Assembly: GCF_048593235.1 (NCBI RefSeq)
Contig: NC_133621.1
Coordinates: forward strand, 108,739,148-108,803,147
Direction of reading: 5' to 3'
Length of the DNA stretch: 64,000 nt
From: Sminthopsis crassicaudata
Lineage: Eukaryota
The notes beneath the pieces were generated by a model. That model did not search any database. It was not told the DNA's origin and saw only the letters and a list, made by a program, of their open reading frames with translations. Both the position numbers and the translations under genes were made by a program. Below, one piece after another: positions 63,154 to 64,000 of the stretch (position 1 is the stretch's first letter; every line of letters begins with the position of its first letter).

Positions 63154-64000
63154 TCAGTCTAATTTCTTGGCTTTACTGATGATGGAACTGAGCCCCATCA
63201 AGGGGGAGTGACTTGTTAAGGATCACAGAGGCACCAAGTTGAGAATTCAATTCAAGGACTTCAAATCATTAGGAAAACATACTAGAAACCTTAAAGTGCT
63301 AGAACTGTTCAGCAGCAGCAGCAGCAAATACAGAAGATTCATATTATTTTTCCTAAGGTTATTATAGTTTTTGACAGGGCAATAGCTCTGAAGTCCTTTG
63401 AGGCTGATAAGGATTCATCACCCCAGGGCTTGTTGAAGATAGCAGCCTATCCAAGCCCTTGTAACTTCTTCCTTCCTAGTGCCTTCTACAAACAGGTGAG
63501 GCTAATAAGAAAGTAGCATTTTCTGGCTGTTCTCCTGAATGTCTCTGTTTTCAGAATTGGATGTTCAATTTAAGAATTTCCACCTAACCTTTGCTAACTA
63601 CTCTAGAGAGCCTAAGTATTAAGTTCTATAAATGTTCTGATTTCAAAGAGTCTGATATAATAAACCCATATGTGATCCATCTTGCTGAAATCAAGGGACT
63701 TGGATTTCTCCTTTTGGATAATAACCAAGTCACTTGACCACTCCCCATGGCATATTAAATGAAGAACAACTTTCAGGAAAACTGGAATGCTAGCTATTAT
63801 GGAATAGTAATCAGTTGAGGACATTAGGAAGTCTCAGGTGGTTCAACATCCAAATATTAACAAGACCTAAATCTGTTTAGTTCTTAAAATTAGTCAAAAT
63901 TGGGCTTATTCAGCCCCAGAAGAGCATCTGTTTTCAAGGATGCAGCTGCTCTGCTTTCAATGGCAACTTACTGCAACTTCTTTAATCGATCCATATAAGG

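Overview
64 kb of AT-rich, CpG-depleted mammalian genomic DNA. The repeat content (dasyurid-type L1 3' ends, WSINE1, MAR1, RTE/BovB, OC1-like hAT MITE) points to an Australian dasyuromorph marsupial; this is inferred and the species is not resolved. The only protein-coding gene I can support is EXOC4 (exocyst Sec8) on the minus strand, seen as three late coding exons: 57525-57666, 51517-51695 and 49129-49288 (142, 179 and 160 bp). All have GT-AG boundaries and compatible phases, and correspond to human exons 15-17 as I recall them. The terminal exon is not in the called sequence, so 1-49128 is most likely the very long final intron and 57667-64000 the preceding intron. The rest is a mosaic of L1, L2, L3/CR1, MIR/MAR1/WSINE SINEs, LTRs, hAT MITEs, microsatellites, two local tandem duplications and a 140-N gap. 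Items most worth follow-up: an orphan intronic CpG island with a same-strand TATA box (about 35.2-35.7 kb); a 466-bp solo LTR with perfect 5-bp TSDs inside a young L1 that still has an open ORF2 C-terminus; a microsatellite-created cryptic poison-exon candidate; a 60-codon candidate alternative terminal exon in frame with exon 16; and an OC1-like MITE. No prokaryotic systems, CRISPR arrays or RNA genes were seen, and I cannot claim a novel biological system. TE boundaries are approximate unless TSDs are given, and TE family names come from recalled consensus sequences, not from a search.
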